Shown: positions 38,986 to 52,265 of the stretch, piece by piece
Numbering within the stretch: the stretch's first letter is position 1
Layout of the letters: each line of letters opens with the position of its first letter
DNA from: Octopus vulgaris
Lineage: Eukaryota
DNA length: 64,000 nucleotides
Assembly (NCBI GenBank): GCA_951406725.2
Contig: OX597831.1
Location: 64,914,001-64,978,000, forward strand
Reading direction: 5' to 3'
The notes under the pieces: generated by a model
The model's input: the letters and a program-made list of their open reading frames with translations, nothing else
What the model was told of the DNA's origin: nothing
The model's database searches: none
Made by a program: the position numbers and the translations under genes

Positions 38986-40224
38986 CTACACATTCGACGT
39001 ACGTAAATCCTCTCCACCAAATTCCTCCATCGGGAATGATTGAGCATTCTGTGATTGTAACTTTTTGGCAGATTTGCCGCTTTTACATTTAGCACCGTCT
39101 TTCTCCTCATAACCTCTATCCATATTTTGCTCATTATCATCATTGCTAGAGAAACTACTGTGTATTTTAGTTTTATCCCAGTTTTTGTGTTCCATGGTTA
39201 TGTCATGAGTAAGTTTTTCGTTATTACTCGATATTCCGTTTCCATAGTTTTCCATGTTGCTTAACTCGTTAAGGCGACTGAATTCAGACTTGCTACCATT
39301 CTCAGTGTTCTTATTCCATACACTTGCTGGTGAATGTTTTTTCAGAGAAAACGTCTTCGTCGGTTTCTTACAATTATTTCTTTTTGACTCTGAAAACTCT
39401 GCTTTTAGTTCACCCATTAACTTCCTCTCTTCTTCGAGTTCCTTCTGTCGGTGTTTCTGCCTCATCTCTGATTTTGTAGCTGACTGCATGTGTGTGTAAT
39501 TGAGGACAAAGTGATTAACTATAATGGGCACGGTAAAACCAATCATGAGAAGACCAGTCAAGGCACAGAATGAGCCGACTACATAACCCAAGTTTGTAGA
39601 AGGCACCATATCACCATACCCGACCGTCGTCATAGTAATCAGCGCCCACCATAGACTCATGGGAATGTTCGAAAATCTATCTTCTCCAACAAAAAATATC
39701 AGAGAGGCAAAAATAATCATACCAACCAAAAGAAATATACACATGAGCATCAGTTCCTCTAAGCTGGCTTTTAAGGTGTACATCATTACCCACAACCCGG
39801 GAATATGCCGTATGAGACGGAAAATACGCAAGATACGAATTAATCGTAATAGAGTGATATAGAATATGAAGTCGTAGTTGATGTTCTTTATCAGAATGAT
39901 TTCAATAAAGTCTGGTAATAGAGCTGCTAAATCGACCATGTTGAGAAAAGTAAAAAAGAATTTACACTTTTTGGGTGCACAGATTAGTCGTAAAATAAAC
40001 TCTAGAGTGAAGAAAGTCAAACAAATTACATCCATAAATACAATAGATATGTGTGGCATGTTTGCCTCTGTCTCTGGATCGTCACCGTTCGTTGTTGAAT
40101 TCGACTGTCGGTATCGCCGGCCCAAAATGTCCCGATCTCCGCGTGTCTTGAAGAATGGATGCGTTTCCACAATGAAGGTCAGTATGGAGACGATAACGAA
40201 ACTTAGAGAAATTATTCCATAGAC
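38986..40224 (-). CDS. Voltage-gated K+ channel, Shaw/Kv3 family, coding exon 2 (S1-S6, pore, C-terminus), 412 aa plus stop
   Basis: Acceptor ttgcag|GTC at 40225/40224 joins in frame to give YSFLSK|VYGIISLSF. S4 RLIRILRIFRLIRH, pore WWALITMTTVGYGDMVP, S6 CALTGLLMIGFTVPIIVNHF. Confidence 0.95.
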   Translation of the reverse strand, partial: VYGIISLSFVIVSILTFIVETHPFFKTRGDRDILGRRYRQSNSTTNGDDPETEANMPHISIVFMDVICLTFFTLEFILRLICAPKKCKFFFTFLNMVDLAALLPDFIEIILIKNINYDFIFYITLLRLIRILRIFRLIRHIPGLWVMMYTLKASLEELMLMCIFLLVGMIIFASLIFFVGEDRFSNIPMSLWWALITMTTVGYGDMVPSTNLGYVVGSFCALTGLLMIGFTVPIIVNHFVLNYTHMQSATKSEMRQKHRQKELEEERKLMGELKAEFSESKRNNCKKPTKTFSLKKHSPASVWNKNTENGSKSEFSRLNELSNMENYGNGISSNNEKLTHDITMEHKNWDKTKIHSSFSSNDDNEQNMDRGYEEKDGAKCKSGKSAKKLQSQNAQSFPMEEFGGEDLRTSNV

Positions 40225-40370
40225 CTGCAACAGACGAATTAAATTAGTTAGTCACTTAGATTTTTTAAATAAATGGGTACTGTTATCCTTTTGTCGAAAA
40301 TGGAACAACAACAACAATAACCTTTTGGAACTCACTTTCAACTGAAAACAGAGAGAAGCGAGATCAATGT

Positions 40371-40620
40371 GAAGAGTGAGAGAGAGAGAGAGAGAGAGGG
40401 AGAGAAGAGAGAGAGAGAGAAGAGAGGGGAGAAGGGAGAGAGAGAGGAGGATGGAGAGAGAGAGGAGGATGGAGAGAGAGAGAAAGTGAGAGAGAGAGGG
40501 GGGAGAAGAGGGAGAGGGAGGAAGAAGAGAGATGATGGGAGGAGGGGAGGAGAGGAGGGGAGGAGGGGAGAGAGGAGAAGGGAGAGAGAGGAGGAGGGAG
40601 AGATAGGGGAGAGAGAGGGT

Positions 40621-40661
<41 letters not shown>
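40371..40661 (+). repeat. Polypurine GA-rich tract (pyrimidine tract on the Kv sense strand)
   Basis: About 290 bp of A/G, 150-440 nt upstream of the Kv exon-2 acceptor. Confidence 0.95.
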
Positions 40662-40664
<3 letters not shown>

Positions 40665-41381
40665 AGTGGAATATAGCGCTGGCGGAAATTTTATTGGTGG
40701 AAGTATTTAGTTTGGAGGAGAAAAAAACAAAGACTGAAGAAAAGTGGGAAAGCAAGTGTGACTTCTGTGTTTAGAGGAGAGTGGCCAAAAAGTAAATTGG
40801 ATTCACACAAACAGATGTTGTATCGATAGAAGAGACAAAAAGAAAACACAGATAAGCGTCAGCTACAAGTAGTATGTTTTTAGTGTGTGTGTGTGTGTAC
40901 GTGTGTGTGTGCTTATGTAGTATGTACGTATATGCATATGTCACTGCATCCACGAGGTGACATGAATTTATCTTGCATCGCAGATTTATTTCATAAATTG
41001 TGTTTCAAATCAGGATGTCTGAAGAAGTAAATGAATGGTAATGTTATTAGATATGTCGCATAACGATTGAATAACAAACATTCTTTTATGGAAACGATCA
41101 AAACATCCACCTCAGTTCTCTTTTCCTCAATTAAATTATTATTATTATTATTCACTCTATAAAGCTTATAACATACCTACTGGATAATAACTTGGATTCG
41201 CGAAATTTCCTGTCATCTTTTTAAAGTATAACCGATCTTCCTTGGTTATTGGAATATTACGCTAGGCAGGATCCTACACACATACACAAGCACACATATA
41301 CATATATATTTATATATATGTATGTATATAGTACACACACACATACACACACACACACATCTATGTATAGGTATACATATT

Positions 41382-41538
41382 CTTTTCTACTCTAGCCAGA
41401 AGGCCCAAAATTTTGGGGGAGGGGACCAGTCGATTAGATCGACCCCAGTACGCATCTGGTACTTAATTTATCGACCCCAGATGAAAGGCAAAGTCGACCT
41501 CGGCGGAATTTGAACTCAGAACATAAAGACAGACGAAA
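41382..41538 (-). mobile_element. SINE family A, 5'-truncated
   Basis: 17-bp TSD GTATAGGTATACATATT. Confidence 0.88.
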
Positions 41539-41553
41539 GTATAGGTATACATA

Positions 41554-41785
41554 TTGGATCATCCCTTAAATAATGCGGTTTTTTAAATACTTCTTTTATT
41601 TTTCAAAAGTAAGATAAGCAAAGTTCCTTTCTAATCTAAAATATACTCTCCTTTATTTTCTACAATGCTCTTGCATCTATCTGATAGACTTTCAAGGCTT
41701 GTCTTCCAAAATCCACTTGTCCGTGATGAAAAATACTCCTCTTGTACTGTTCTGACCTCGTCTACTGAATTCATATTTTTTCCGT
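41554..41785 (-). mobile_element. Mariner 3' end (transposase C-terminus plus TIR)
   Basis: Minus strand encodes GKNMNSVDEVRTVQEEYFSSRTSGFWKTSLESLSDRCKSIVENKGEYILD*. TIR TTGGATCATCCCTTAAATAATGCGGTTTTT next to TA. Confidence 0.75.
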
Positions 41786-42028
41786 GGACAAACGAAAAAA
41801 GACGCTCTCAACACATTTGGTAAGAGTTACATATATTGATATTCAAGAACAGTTTGAATCGGCTCCATGCAGCTTAAAGTTTTGTAGGCGACCGATGAGC
41901 TAGGTTCTTGTGGTGAGCCTACAAACGTTTGAAGGGCCCGAATCAAACTGCCTTAGGATTCAAAGTTGGAATGACAAAGAAATAAACAATTATGTTATGG
42001 ACTTCATTAGCTTACAGCAGCTTCTACA

Positions 42029-42407
42029 GCGGAGGCGCAATGGCCCAGTGGTTAGGGCAGCGGACTCGCGGTCGGAGGATCGCGGTTTCGATTCCCAGAC
42101 CGGGCGTTGTGTGTGTTTATTGAGCGAAAAACCTAAAGCTCCACGAGGCTCCAGCAGGGGCGGGGGGCAACCCCTGTTGTACTCTTTCGCCCCAACTTTC
42201 TCTCACTCTTTCTTCCTGTTTCTTGTCCCCGACTTCCTACGCAAACGCTGAGCCTGGATGCGCATTCATCCATCCGTCGATGCTCTCGGTGTCGGGGGTT
42301 GACCTGCTTTCTCTTCTGCGGGTCTTACGAATAGCAAAGGACCACGTTTCGGACTTCTCCCATTTTGCGAGCTCTGGGACGAAGACCGTTCGCTCAACAG
42401 CAACAGC
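42029..42407 (+). mobile_element. SINE family B with an alternative 3' half
   Basis: 15-bp TSD ACAGCAGCTTCTACA; the head matches the 11956 copy but the 3' ~180 bp is unrelated. Confidence 0.88.
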
Positions 42408-43082
42408 ACAGCAGCTTCTACAACAACTTGCAATGCACTCGTTGTTGAGTGTTTGAGTATCACCCTCTAACTATATTGGAGCTTCAAACATGAAGTACAA
42501 TTTGTCTGGCAAAGCATTTACATTTATGTTTATACACAGAAAAGCACTAGCAATGAGACAGCATACACGAATTTAGGAAAGGAAAATCAGGGGACTGAGA
42601 GGGAAGGCCCTCCCAGAATTAGATAAAATTTTAAAAGTGTATAAGGGTAGATATGTGAGGAATTTCTATGATAAGATGTAAAAAGACTGGTGTGGCTGTG
42701 TGGTAAGAAGCTTGCTTCCCAACCACATGGTTCCGGGTTCAGTCCCACTGCGTGGTACCTTGGGCAAGTGTATTCTATTATAGCCTCAGTTCGACCAAAG
42801 CCTTGTGAGTGGATTTGGTAGACGGAAACCGAAAGAAGCTAGCGATTCAGTAAAAGCGAACGATAGAATAAGTACCATGGGTCGATTTCTTCGACAAAAA
42901 GCGGTGCTCCAGCATGGCTGCAGTGAAATGACTGAAACAAGAAGTATAAAAGAATATATATATATATATATATATAGGGAGAGTTTACGAAAAAACACAA
43001 AGGACGAAGACAGGTGGTGTACAAAACAAACAGATGTATTAGAATAACGCTCAGGAATAGAAAAAGTCTTTTACGTTTCGAG

Positions 43083-43206
<124 letters not shown>

Positions 43207-43846
43207 ACAAATTAATAAATAAAACATATGCATATAAACATACATATATGTACGTACCTACATCTACATGCATATATACATGCATATATGGGTACAGGAC
43301 ACAAAAAAACGTCGAACACAATGAGAAACAAAATCATAAAAACAAAACCAAAGGAAATGGACATTTTTCTTAAACAACACAAGGAACATTCCCCTTCTTC
43401 AGCCGCCTCTGTTTCATCTACTCCGCGTATCCTAGGAATTAGAGAGAGAATGACAGATGGAGAATGACACACGACATAGAGAGAAAAAGAAAGAGAAAAG
43501 AAAAGAGAGAAACAAGAATGCAAAGAGAGTCATTAAAAGCTTTTCTAGATCAAGATTTTAGCCAGATTGACCAATTGGTGGGGAGAGCGTGAGGGAGAAT
43601 GTGAGGAGGCATTACACAGATAATGACTTGTGTGTGTGTATCTGTGTATTTGTGGTTGTGTGTGTGTGTGTATGTGCACGCTCGCGTATTTATACACCGG
43701 GGGAGGGGGCGAACAAAAAAGGTTATTGACAGATAATATACACAGAGCAGACGAACATATAACTCGAGTATATGTATATATACATAAATACACACACTGA
43801 CATATACAAATACACACACATATATATACACGTGCATCTATATCTA

Positions 43847-43877
<31 letters not shown>

Positions 43878-43878
43878 A

Positions 43879-43914
<36 letters not shown>

Positions 43915-43928
43915 AATCTATCAATCTA

Positions 43929-43988
<60 letters not shown>

Positions 43989-44039
43989 TAGATATGGCTT
44001 GGGCCAATACTGGCCAAACCCTTTCTAAGTTATTCTAAG

Positions 44040-44112
<73 letters not shown>

Positions 44113-44495
44113 TGTATGTATGTATGTATGTATGTATGTATGTATACTTTATTGAAAAGCAGCAAAAATATAAAAAAAACTACCACTCAGAGTTTCACGT
44201 ACCCGTTCGTCGGACAGTTTTGTTTAGAATCTCTCCGACGAACTGGAACGTAAAACTCTGAGTAACAGTTTTTGATATGTACCTGTTGTTTTTTGATAAA
44301 GCATATTACTCTAGCTCTGGTATATATGGGTACAGGACATAAAAAAATGTCGAACACAATGTGAAACGAAGACATAAAAACAAAAACATGGAGACGAACT
44401 TGTTTTCAAACAACGAAAAAATAGAGTACAAAACATACAACACAAGGAATATTCCTCTTCTTCAGTTGTCCCTGTTTCGTCTACTCCGCGTTACG

Positions 44496-44532
<37 letters not shown>

Positions 44533-44912
44533 TTACGACCGCTGCTCGCCACTAGCCGTCGCCTTACACACACATACACACACACACACGTACATACTCA
44601 CATACACACCCTCTTCTTCCCACTCATTGTGTTTTTACCTACCTTCTTTTTCCGCTCTCCTGTCTTTGAAAACCTGTCCCCTCTCGTCTACGACTTCCTG
44701 CCTTTCAGTATGTTTACCTCGTGAAGACCAGTCGCGTTTTTTTCCCTCTGTCCTCCCACCTCGGGATCTTTCTTTCTCTTATGTTTCCGACGAAGAGCTC
44801 CCCTCGAAACGTCATACCCTCCTTCTTCCCTTTTTTCCTGACCGCCTAATAATAATACTTTAATTGTTCCACCTCTTTGTGTTGTTGTCTTTTCTTTTTC
44901 TTGTTTGATTAA

Positions 44913-44978
<66 letters not shown>

Positions 44979-45145
44979 GTAAAAACAATTAAGATTCAAG
45001 TGAGTTCCAATGAATTCACATGAATGCGGTACTTAACTTAGATGCACCATAAATCTTTATGGTATTAACCATAAAATAATGTGGGGTGATTATAAACAAG
45101 AAAAAACCAACTGAACAACTAATCCATTCTTGTTGCTTTTTTCTT

Positions 45146-45210
<65 letters not shown>

Positions 45211-45483
45211 CGCTCATACACAAATACACACACGCATATGTGCGTGAAGTGTGTGTGTGACGGAGGTGGGTGCATGTATGCATGTGCTTGAATTCTATTA
45301 TTCTTTTACTTGTTTCAGTCATTATCACTGAAGCATTTCTGGAGAACCGTGTTGGAGGTTTCAGTCTATGATATTGACCCCGGATTATTTCCAAGCATCT
45401 ACATTGCAGGAACGTAAACAAAGCAAAACGAAACGGTGAGAAACAAGCAACTATAAACAAAAATGGCATGCAATCACATACGT

Positions 45484-45515
<32 letters not shown>

Positions 45516-45516
45516 C

Positions 45517-45683
45517 TTTATTTAAAAGCAGCAGAAATCCAACAAAACCTGTTACTCGTAGTTTCACGTTCCCGTTCGTCGGACAGTTTTGTCGGACAGT
45601 TTTTTAACAAAAACTGTCCGACGAACTGGAACATGAAACTCCGAGTAACAGGTTTTGTTGGATTTCTGCTGCTTTTAAATAAA
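45517..45683. repeat. Palindromic repeat between (TA)n tracts
   Basis: Arms are reverse complements; related palindrome at about 44147-44305. Confidence 0.9.
45549..45651. ncRNA. Inverted pair of hammerhead-like folds (U4C core), one per strand
   Basis: Minus 45549-45586: CTGT CCGACGA ACG ggaa CGT GAAA CTACGAG TA ACAG. Plus 45614-45651: CTGT CCGACGA ACTGGAACAT GAAA CTCCGAG TA ACAG. A more decayed pair lies at 44180-44268. Confidence 0.6.
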
Positions 45684-45753
45684 ACATATTACTCTACCCT
45701 TGGTATTTGAGTACTCTTTTTTCCACCTTGTTTCACATATATGTGTTTACTCC

Positions 45754-45818
<65 letters not shown>

Positions 45819-45842
45819 TATATATATATATATATACATATG

Positions 45843-45912
<70 letters not shown>

Positions 45913-45913
45913 G

Positions 45914-45948
<35 letters not shown>

Positions 45949-46576
45949 TTATGTATATATATATATATGTATACATATCATATACATAATTATAAATATG
46001 CACATGCATCTACAAATGTCTATATATATATATTTAAAATGCGTATTAAATATACATACAGACAGACTGAAAGACTAAAAAGAACGCTAATGATAAACAC
46101 ATACATATACTGACATACATACATACATACATACATACATACATACATACATGCATGCATATATACATACGCACGCGCGCGCGCACTCTCTCACACACAC
46201 ACATACACTCACGCACGCACTCAGAATAACTTAAGTAAAGCAGAAATTCGATATCTCTGGGAGAGTAATAAATCTGCTGTTATGAAATACTAGGTCTTTG
46301 CACATTTACATATTACTGTGCAAATGTCTAAAACATGATGCCTACATGATTATATACATGTGTGTGTTTGAGTGTGCGTGCATATGAGCTTTATATGTAC
46401 GTACCCCCCTCCCCAACACACACACACACAAATATATAAATAAATCTGTCGTCCTTGTATAAAAGTTTGATAAGCATGTACTCTACTAGAAGTATTGAGT
46501 AACCTTTGCGATTAATACTTAATTGCGTTATATATATAACTTCCCATAGAAATATAGGTGTGTGTGTGTATACATG

Positions 46577-46608
<32 letters not shown>

Positions 46609-46721
46609 TGTATGTATGTATGTATGTATGTATGCATGCATGTATGTATGTATGTATGTATGTATGTATGTATGTATGTATGTATATAGATAGAAAGACT
46701 TGCGTGTGCATACATACTGAC

Positions 46722-46757
<36 letters not shown>

Positions 46758-47112
46758 TCTGTATCACGTTCAGACACGTATATATGTTAACGTTTGGAGG
46801 TATCCAGTACTTTCTTCGTTGGTCAAGTCCTGTTACGAATGTTGGGGCTTGTATTGATTTATGCATTTATTATGACAGACTCGGTTAAAATGTATTACTA
46901 TGTCATTACCTTAGGTAATGCCAAGGCATGCATAATTAATATAATTAGATGCTATACATCTATACAAATGTTGCACCATACCTAGCACACATATATATAT
47001 ATATATTAATTAAAATCTTAGGGTAGCAAGAATATTCATAGAAAAATTCTTAGTTACCAGTGGTCTAGCGAGAAAGAAAAAAATTAGTTAATAGACTATA
47101 TATAATTCAAAG

Positions 47113-47280
47113 AAGAATACAGTGTACGTTCAAACACAAAAGAGATACCCGAAGAATAGGATATCTGACTCGCTATATATACAACAATTGGTGGCTTGGA
47201 GTTTTAACTGCTCTTTCTAGCGAGTCAGATATCCTATTCTTCGGGTATCTCTTTTGTGTTTGAACGTATATTATATTCTT
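47113..47280. repeat. Inverted repeat, ~63-bp arms
   Basis: 47113-47174 pairs with 47218-47280. Confidence 0.88.
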
Positions 47281-47356
47281 ATATATATATATATATATAT
47301 ATCGTTTTGGGATTTGGTTTGCAAGTAAATAACGTAAATAACGGACAGAGTCAAGA

Positions 47357-47393
47357 CTATGGAAAAGGTTGCAAGACGCAACGAAAGTTTTAG
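47357..47393 (+). ncRNA. Hammerhead-like fold with U3-A8 core (same repeat family as 3339-3368)
   Basis: CTA TGGAAAA G GTTGC aagac GCAAC GAAA GT TT TAG; this copy has G at position 4. Confidence 0.45.
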
Positions 47394-47555
47394 GAAAATA
47401 AAAATAAGAAATAAGTGGAAATTTTGCCGGTGAGTGTGTTACATTCGAAGGCACAAAAAGAAAATTACTCTCCCTAGACACAACAGTTTATATATATATG
47501 ATAGACCGTTAGCTCCAACACGCATTTTTTTCTCTCCTTGTTTCTTTTCTGTGTA

Positions 47556-47593
47556 TCTTTCTGTCGAAGAGCGTAGGCTCGAAACGTAAAAGA
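47556..47593 (+). ncRNA. Hammerhead-like fold (A6U core, extra A after A9)
   Basis: TCTTT CTGTCGA A GAGC gtag GCTC GAAA CG TA AAAGA. Related copy on minus at 63361-63397 with core CTGTAGA. Confidence 0.5.
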
Positions 47594-47718
47594 CTTGTTC
47601 TATTTCTATTCCTGAGCGCCATACTAATACATTTGTTTGTTTGTACTCCACCTGCTTTCGTCTTTTGTTTATTTTCGTAAACCTTCCCGTTAAATATATA
47701 TATATATTTATATATATA

Positions 47719-48092
47719 TCTCTCTCTATATAAACGGCAGTTTGTCTGTGCGTGTTTCTGTGTGTCTGTTTGCTTGTACCCTCACCCTGACCACGGCTTT
47801 CAACCGATTCTGATGAAACTTGACACACACATAGCCCAATGTCATAATTCAAAACTAACGCAACGAAAATTTTGAAAAGTTTCCCCAGTTCTGAAAAAAA
47901 TCAATAAATTCGACATGGGGTCGAGAATCAGAAACAGGAATACAAATTGTCTAGGGGACGCAACTCCACCTTTTTTAATCTCCAAAAAAATTTACCATCA
48001 TTTTTTTCCATTTTTTGCTATTTTTTAGATAACTCTCTAAAAATGCTTTATAGTTATTTCTACAAACCTGAGCAACGCCGAGATACTGCTAT
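47719..48092 (+). mobile_element. Non-autonomous Helitron-like element
   Basis: 5' TC..CTATATAAA, GTCT-type microrepeat, ACGGCTTTCAACCGATTCTGATGAAACTT motif, GC-rich 3' end GAGCAACGCCG..CTGCTA. Confidence 0.65.
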
Positions 48093-48190
<98 letters not shown>

Positions 48191-48777
48191 TATAGATAGA
48201 TATATCAGTGGGTATATATACATATACTCCCTGGTGAGCAAAAAAAGTTTTAACAACATTTTTTTGTAATAACGAATACCTTAACCATAAATTTAAAAAA
48301 ATCTAATACAAGCAATAAAATATTGCTATCAAAGTGTAAATATATGTGTGGGGGGATGTATGTATGTAAGCGCGTGGATAAACGTACGCATACACGCGCG
48401 CGCATGGTTTGTGGGCACTGTGAAATTTAACGTTTCGTAGCTCTGATCCTTCGTCAGAGAATAGGAAATGAGAAGAAAAACTGACGTTGAGGGGTACTTC
48501 TGGTGAGAAAACGATGGGCTAAGGCAAGCGGGATGTGTAAGAGTGTGGGAAACTTATGAGAGAAAGTGGACGAAGAAGAGCCAAAAGTTGGACATGAATG
48601 TATTTAGACAATAACAACCATTGATAGAGATATAGCCTCAGATGAAGGAGAAGGGAAATTTCGACGTTTATAGGGGGCATACGCCTTATAGCAGAATGTG
48701 GTGGGGGATCTGAGCATAAAGGCAAAATACATGTACAGATACACACACATATATTTATACATACATACATATATACA

Positions 48778-48990
48778 TGTTTCTTTACTACCCACAAGGG
48801 GCTAAACACAGAGGGGACAAACGGATTAAGTCGATTATATCGACCCAGTGCGTAACTCGTACTTAATTTATCGACCCCGAAAGGATGAAAGGCAAAGTCG
48901 ACCTCGGCGGAATTTGAACTCGGAACGTAACGGCAGACGAAATACGGCTAAGCATTTCACCCGGCGTGCTAACGATTCTGCCAGCTCGCC
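48778..48990 (-). mobile_element. SINE family A monomer
   Basis: 17-bp TSD ATACATACATATATACA (low complexity). Confidence 0.9.
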
Positions 48991-49076
48991 ATACATACAT
49001 ATATACAGTCATACATACATACATACATACATACATACATACACGCATGCATGCATACATACATACATACATACAT

Positions 49077-49111
<35 letters not shown>

Positions 49112-49151
49112 TACATACATACATACATACATACATACATACATACATACA

Positions 49152-49182
<31 letters not shown>

Positions 49183-49946
49183 GCACACGCGTGCATTTAT
49201 ACGCACACGCACACAAACACACACACACACACACTAGAACAGCACTCATAAACACTCATATACACTATACATTTCTTCAATTCCAACTCTACAAATAAAC
49301 TTTGCCATTCTTCTGTATATGGGGACATCTGAACTGATTCATTTGAATATGTGATATAATGGGACATCATTTGTTTAATTTCAATCCAGTTTAGCCTCTT
49401 CCCAACGTCTAGCAGCACCAAGTCAACAACTGGTTCGCTACTTCATTTACCATTCTCTGTCTCTCTCCCCCACTCTCTCTCCCTCCCTTCCCCCCGTCTC
49501 TTTGAACTTAGCCTCAGGAAATTTTATATGGGGACATCTGAACTGATTCATTTGAATATGTGATATAATGGGACATCATATGTTTTATTTTACTACACTT
49601 CGTCTCTTTCCAGCATCTAGCAGCAACAAGTTAATAACCGGTTCTCTACTTCGTATACCTCTCTGTCTGCCTGTCTGCCTGTCTGTCTGTCTGTCTCTCT
49701 CTCTCTCACTCTCTCTCTCCCTGCTTCTATCTCTCTTTCTGTCTCACTCTTTCTTTGTCTGACTGCCTCTCTCTCTCTTTCTCTCTCTCTCTCTATCTAT
49801 CTATCTTTTTTTTAAAAATTTTATCCCCCTCTTTTTTTTGTCCTCTTTCTTTCCTTTTACGATCCCTTTTGATCGAAAACCAAGAAAAGCTCTACCTTGT
49901 AATTTGTCCTGTCTGTGTGCAGCCCTGTGTGGCTAATAAAGAAACA

Positions 49947-50043
<97 letters not shown>

Positions 50044-50866
50044 CTTTTTCTCCCACCTCGGTAATTAATCGCGTTGAGATCTTAATACTTTATAGTAATT
50101 TTTCGATCTTTTCTACATTTTATTTTCTAAAAAAATACACTGAAATTTCACTAACTGGGTTGTTTATTACTATTCACGTTTCTTCATTGTTTCAAGTTTG
50201 TTCTTTCGTGAAAAATAGCTGAAAATGTTGGTGTTGGAGCAATGAAAAGTTTCCGGTGTCAATTGTGTGACATTCGGCAATTGAGAACTGATTTAAAGTT
50301 AGGTAACGAGTAGAGAGATATGTTCGGTAAGGGGGCGCATGTAGCCACCGAAATGTTCACTTTGACCTTTCCACAGGATGACATTAATAAAATGTTATTG
50401 TCTTCCTAAAGGCGAAATGATCGTTATCCCGATTAACCTAGTATTATATTATGTCCTTTGAATATTAAGTAATATTGTTCAATGGCTAGAAATACGAGAG
50501 AAATATGATACGCATCAGCTCTAGTTCTTTGTAATACGACCACTGAAAAATAAGTACAAAATAGCAGTTACTGTCAAAATACAGCCAAGTAATTTATTGC
50601 TCGTCACAATATGTAAGTCAGCTCTTAACTTTGCTAATTTATTGCAGCATTGATTCACAGGTCAAGTTTCTCTGTACACATAACAGATTTACAAAGGACA
50701 TACTTCTGACTGAAATAAAGCAGCAGACTTAATCCTCATTCGAAAACTGCTGTACTCTATAAACGCTGTTACGTATGAATGTATTTTTGAATAAATATTT
50801 GAATTGATAAATATGGTTGTCAGTATTTATTTCTGTTGATAAACCAATCATTCAGACTCTAACTTT

Positions 50867-51309
50867 GGACCTTTTCGGTTTGAACGGCAGTTTTTAACAT
50901 AATTTCTAGGTAATTAAAAAAATTTAAACTTCGTATACTGGTAGAATGTGTTTATAAAACATCTTTTTCTCTTGGCTTTATTGAGAAAATTCTATAGTTT
51001 GTAAGATATTTGTTGTTTTTTCTTCAATTTCTGCAATTTCAATCAATCAATGACGTCTATTGAGGTGAAAACATTCTGTGCCGTATGAATATGTCCCTCG
51101 TTTAAGAAACAGATTGGGTTTATCTACATTTGTGAAGAAAAAAAGATACCCTTCCCCCCACCCCTAACCCTAACCCTAACCTTAAACCTAACTAACCCTA
51201 ACCCTAAAACAGATTGAAATGCAATAGATCGATACTAGGGTCATAATAATGGGTGACAATTTCACATGACACCGCTAGAAAAAAACTGCCGTTCAAACCG
51301 AAAAGATCC
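50867..51309. mobile_element. GG...CC MITE (Merlin-like), copy 7, flanked by a 78-bp direct duplication
   Basis: TIRs; flanks 50789-50866 and 51311-51388 are near-identical. Confidence 0.92.
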
Positions 51310-51670
51310 GGAATAAATATTTGAATTGATAAATATGGTTGTCAATATTTATTTCTGTTGATAAACTAATCATTCAGATGCTAACTTTTCTTATTTTTTT
51401 CATTTAATTTGACTGAAAAGTTTCAGTTTGTTGCTTTCACTTAGTAATCTGTTTGGCTCTCTGGTCACATTCGGATTGATGTTGTATGTTACATGAGCCA
51501 ATACCACCTATATCTCCAGAATCAACTTGTGCTAATATTCTTTCACTTCCGCATTTGCTATCTGACTGTAGACATTACAAACTAATCAATAGGAAAGTAA
51601 ATTTGTTATTGAAAAAGGAAGCAAGCAAGATATAACTGAAAAAAAAACGTCTGATTCATAACATTAATTG

Positions 51671-52265
51671 GCGGCGAGCTGGCAGAAACGTTAGCACGCC
51701 GGGCGAAATGCTTGCTTAGCGGTATTTCGTCTGCCGTTACGTTCTGAGTTCAAATTCCGCCGAGGTCGACTTTGCCTTTCATCCTTTCGGGGTCGATTAA
51801 ATAAGTACCAGTTACGCACTGGGGTCGATGTAATCGACTTAATCCGTTTGTCTGTCCTTGTTTGTCCTCTATGTGTTTAGCCCTTTGTGGGTAGTAAAGA
51901 AATAGGTATTTCGTCTGCCCTTACGTTCTGAATTCAAATTCCGCCGAGGTCGACTTTGCCTTTCATCCTTTCGGGGTCGATTAAATAAGTACCAGTTACG
52001 CACTGGGGTCGATGTAATCGACTTAATCCGTTTGTCTGTCCTTGTTTGTCCCCTCTATGTGTTTAGCCCCTTGTGGGTAGTAAAGAAATAGGTATTTCGT
52101 CTGCCGTTACGTTCTGAATTCAAATTCCGCCGAGGTCGACTTTGCCTTTCATCCTTTCGGGGTCGATTAAATAAGTACCAGTTACGCACTGGAGTCGATG
52201 TAATCGACTTAATTCCTTTGTTTGTCCTTTCTTTGCTTAACCCCACTGTGGGCAATAATAAAGAA
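51671..52265 (+). mobile_element. SINE family A head-to-tail trimer
   Basis: Units start at 51722, 51906 and 52092 (periods 184 and 186) after a single A-box head. Confidence 0.93.

Noticed and set aside
48425-48462. CTGACGA..GAAACGTT on the minus strand as a hammerhead
   Set aside because: Core is canonical but helices I and II pair poorly; at most a decayed copy.
51671-52265. Regularly spaced repeats suggestive of a CRISPR array
   Set aside because: Whole 184-bp units are repeated with no unique spacers and no cas genes; eukaryotic SINE multimer.
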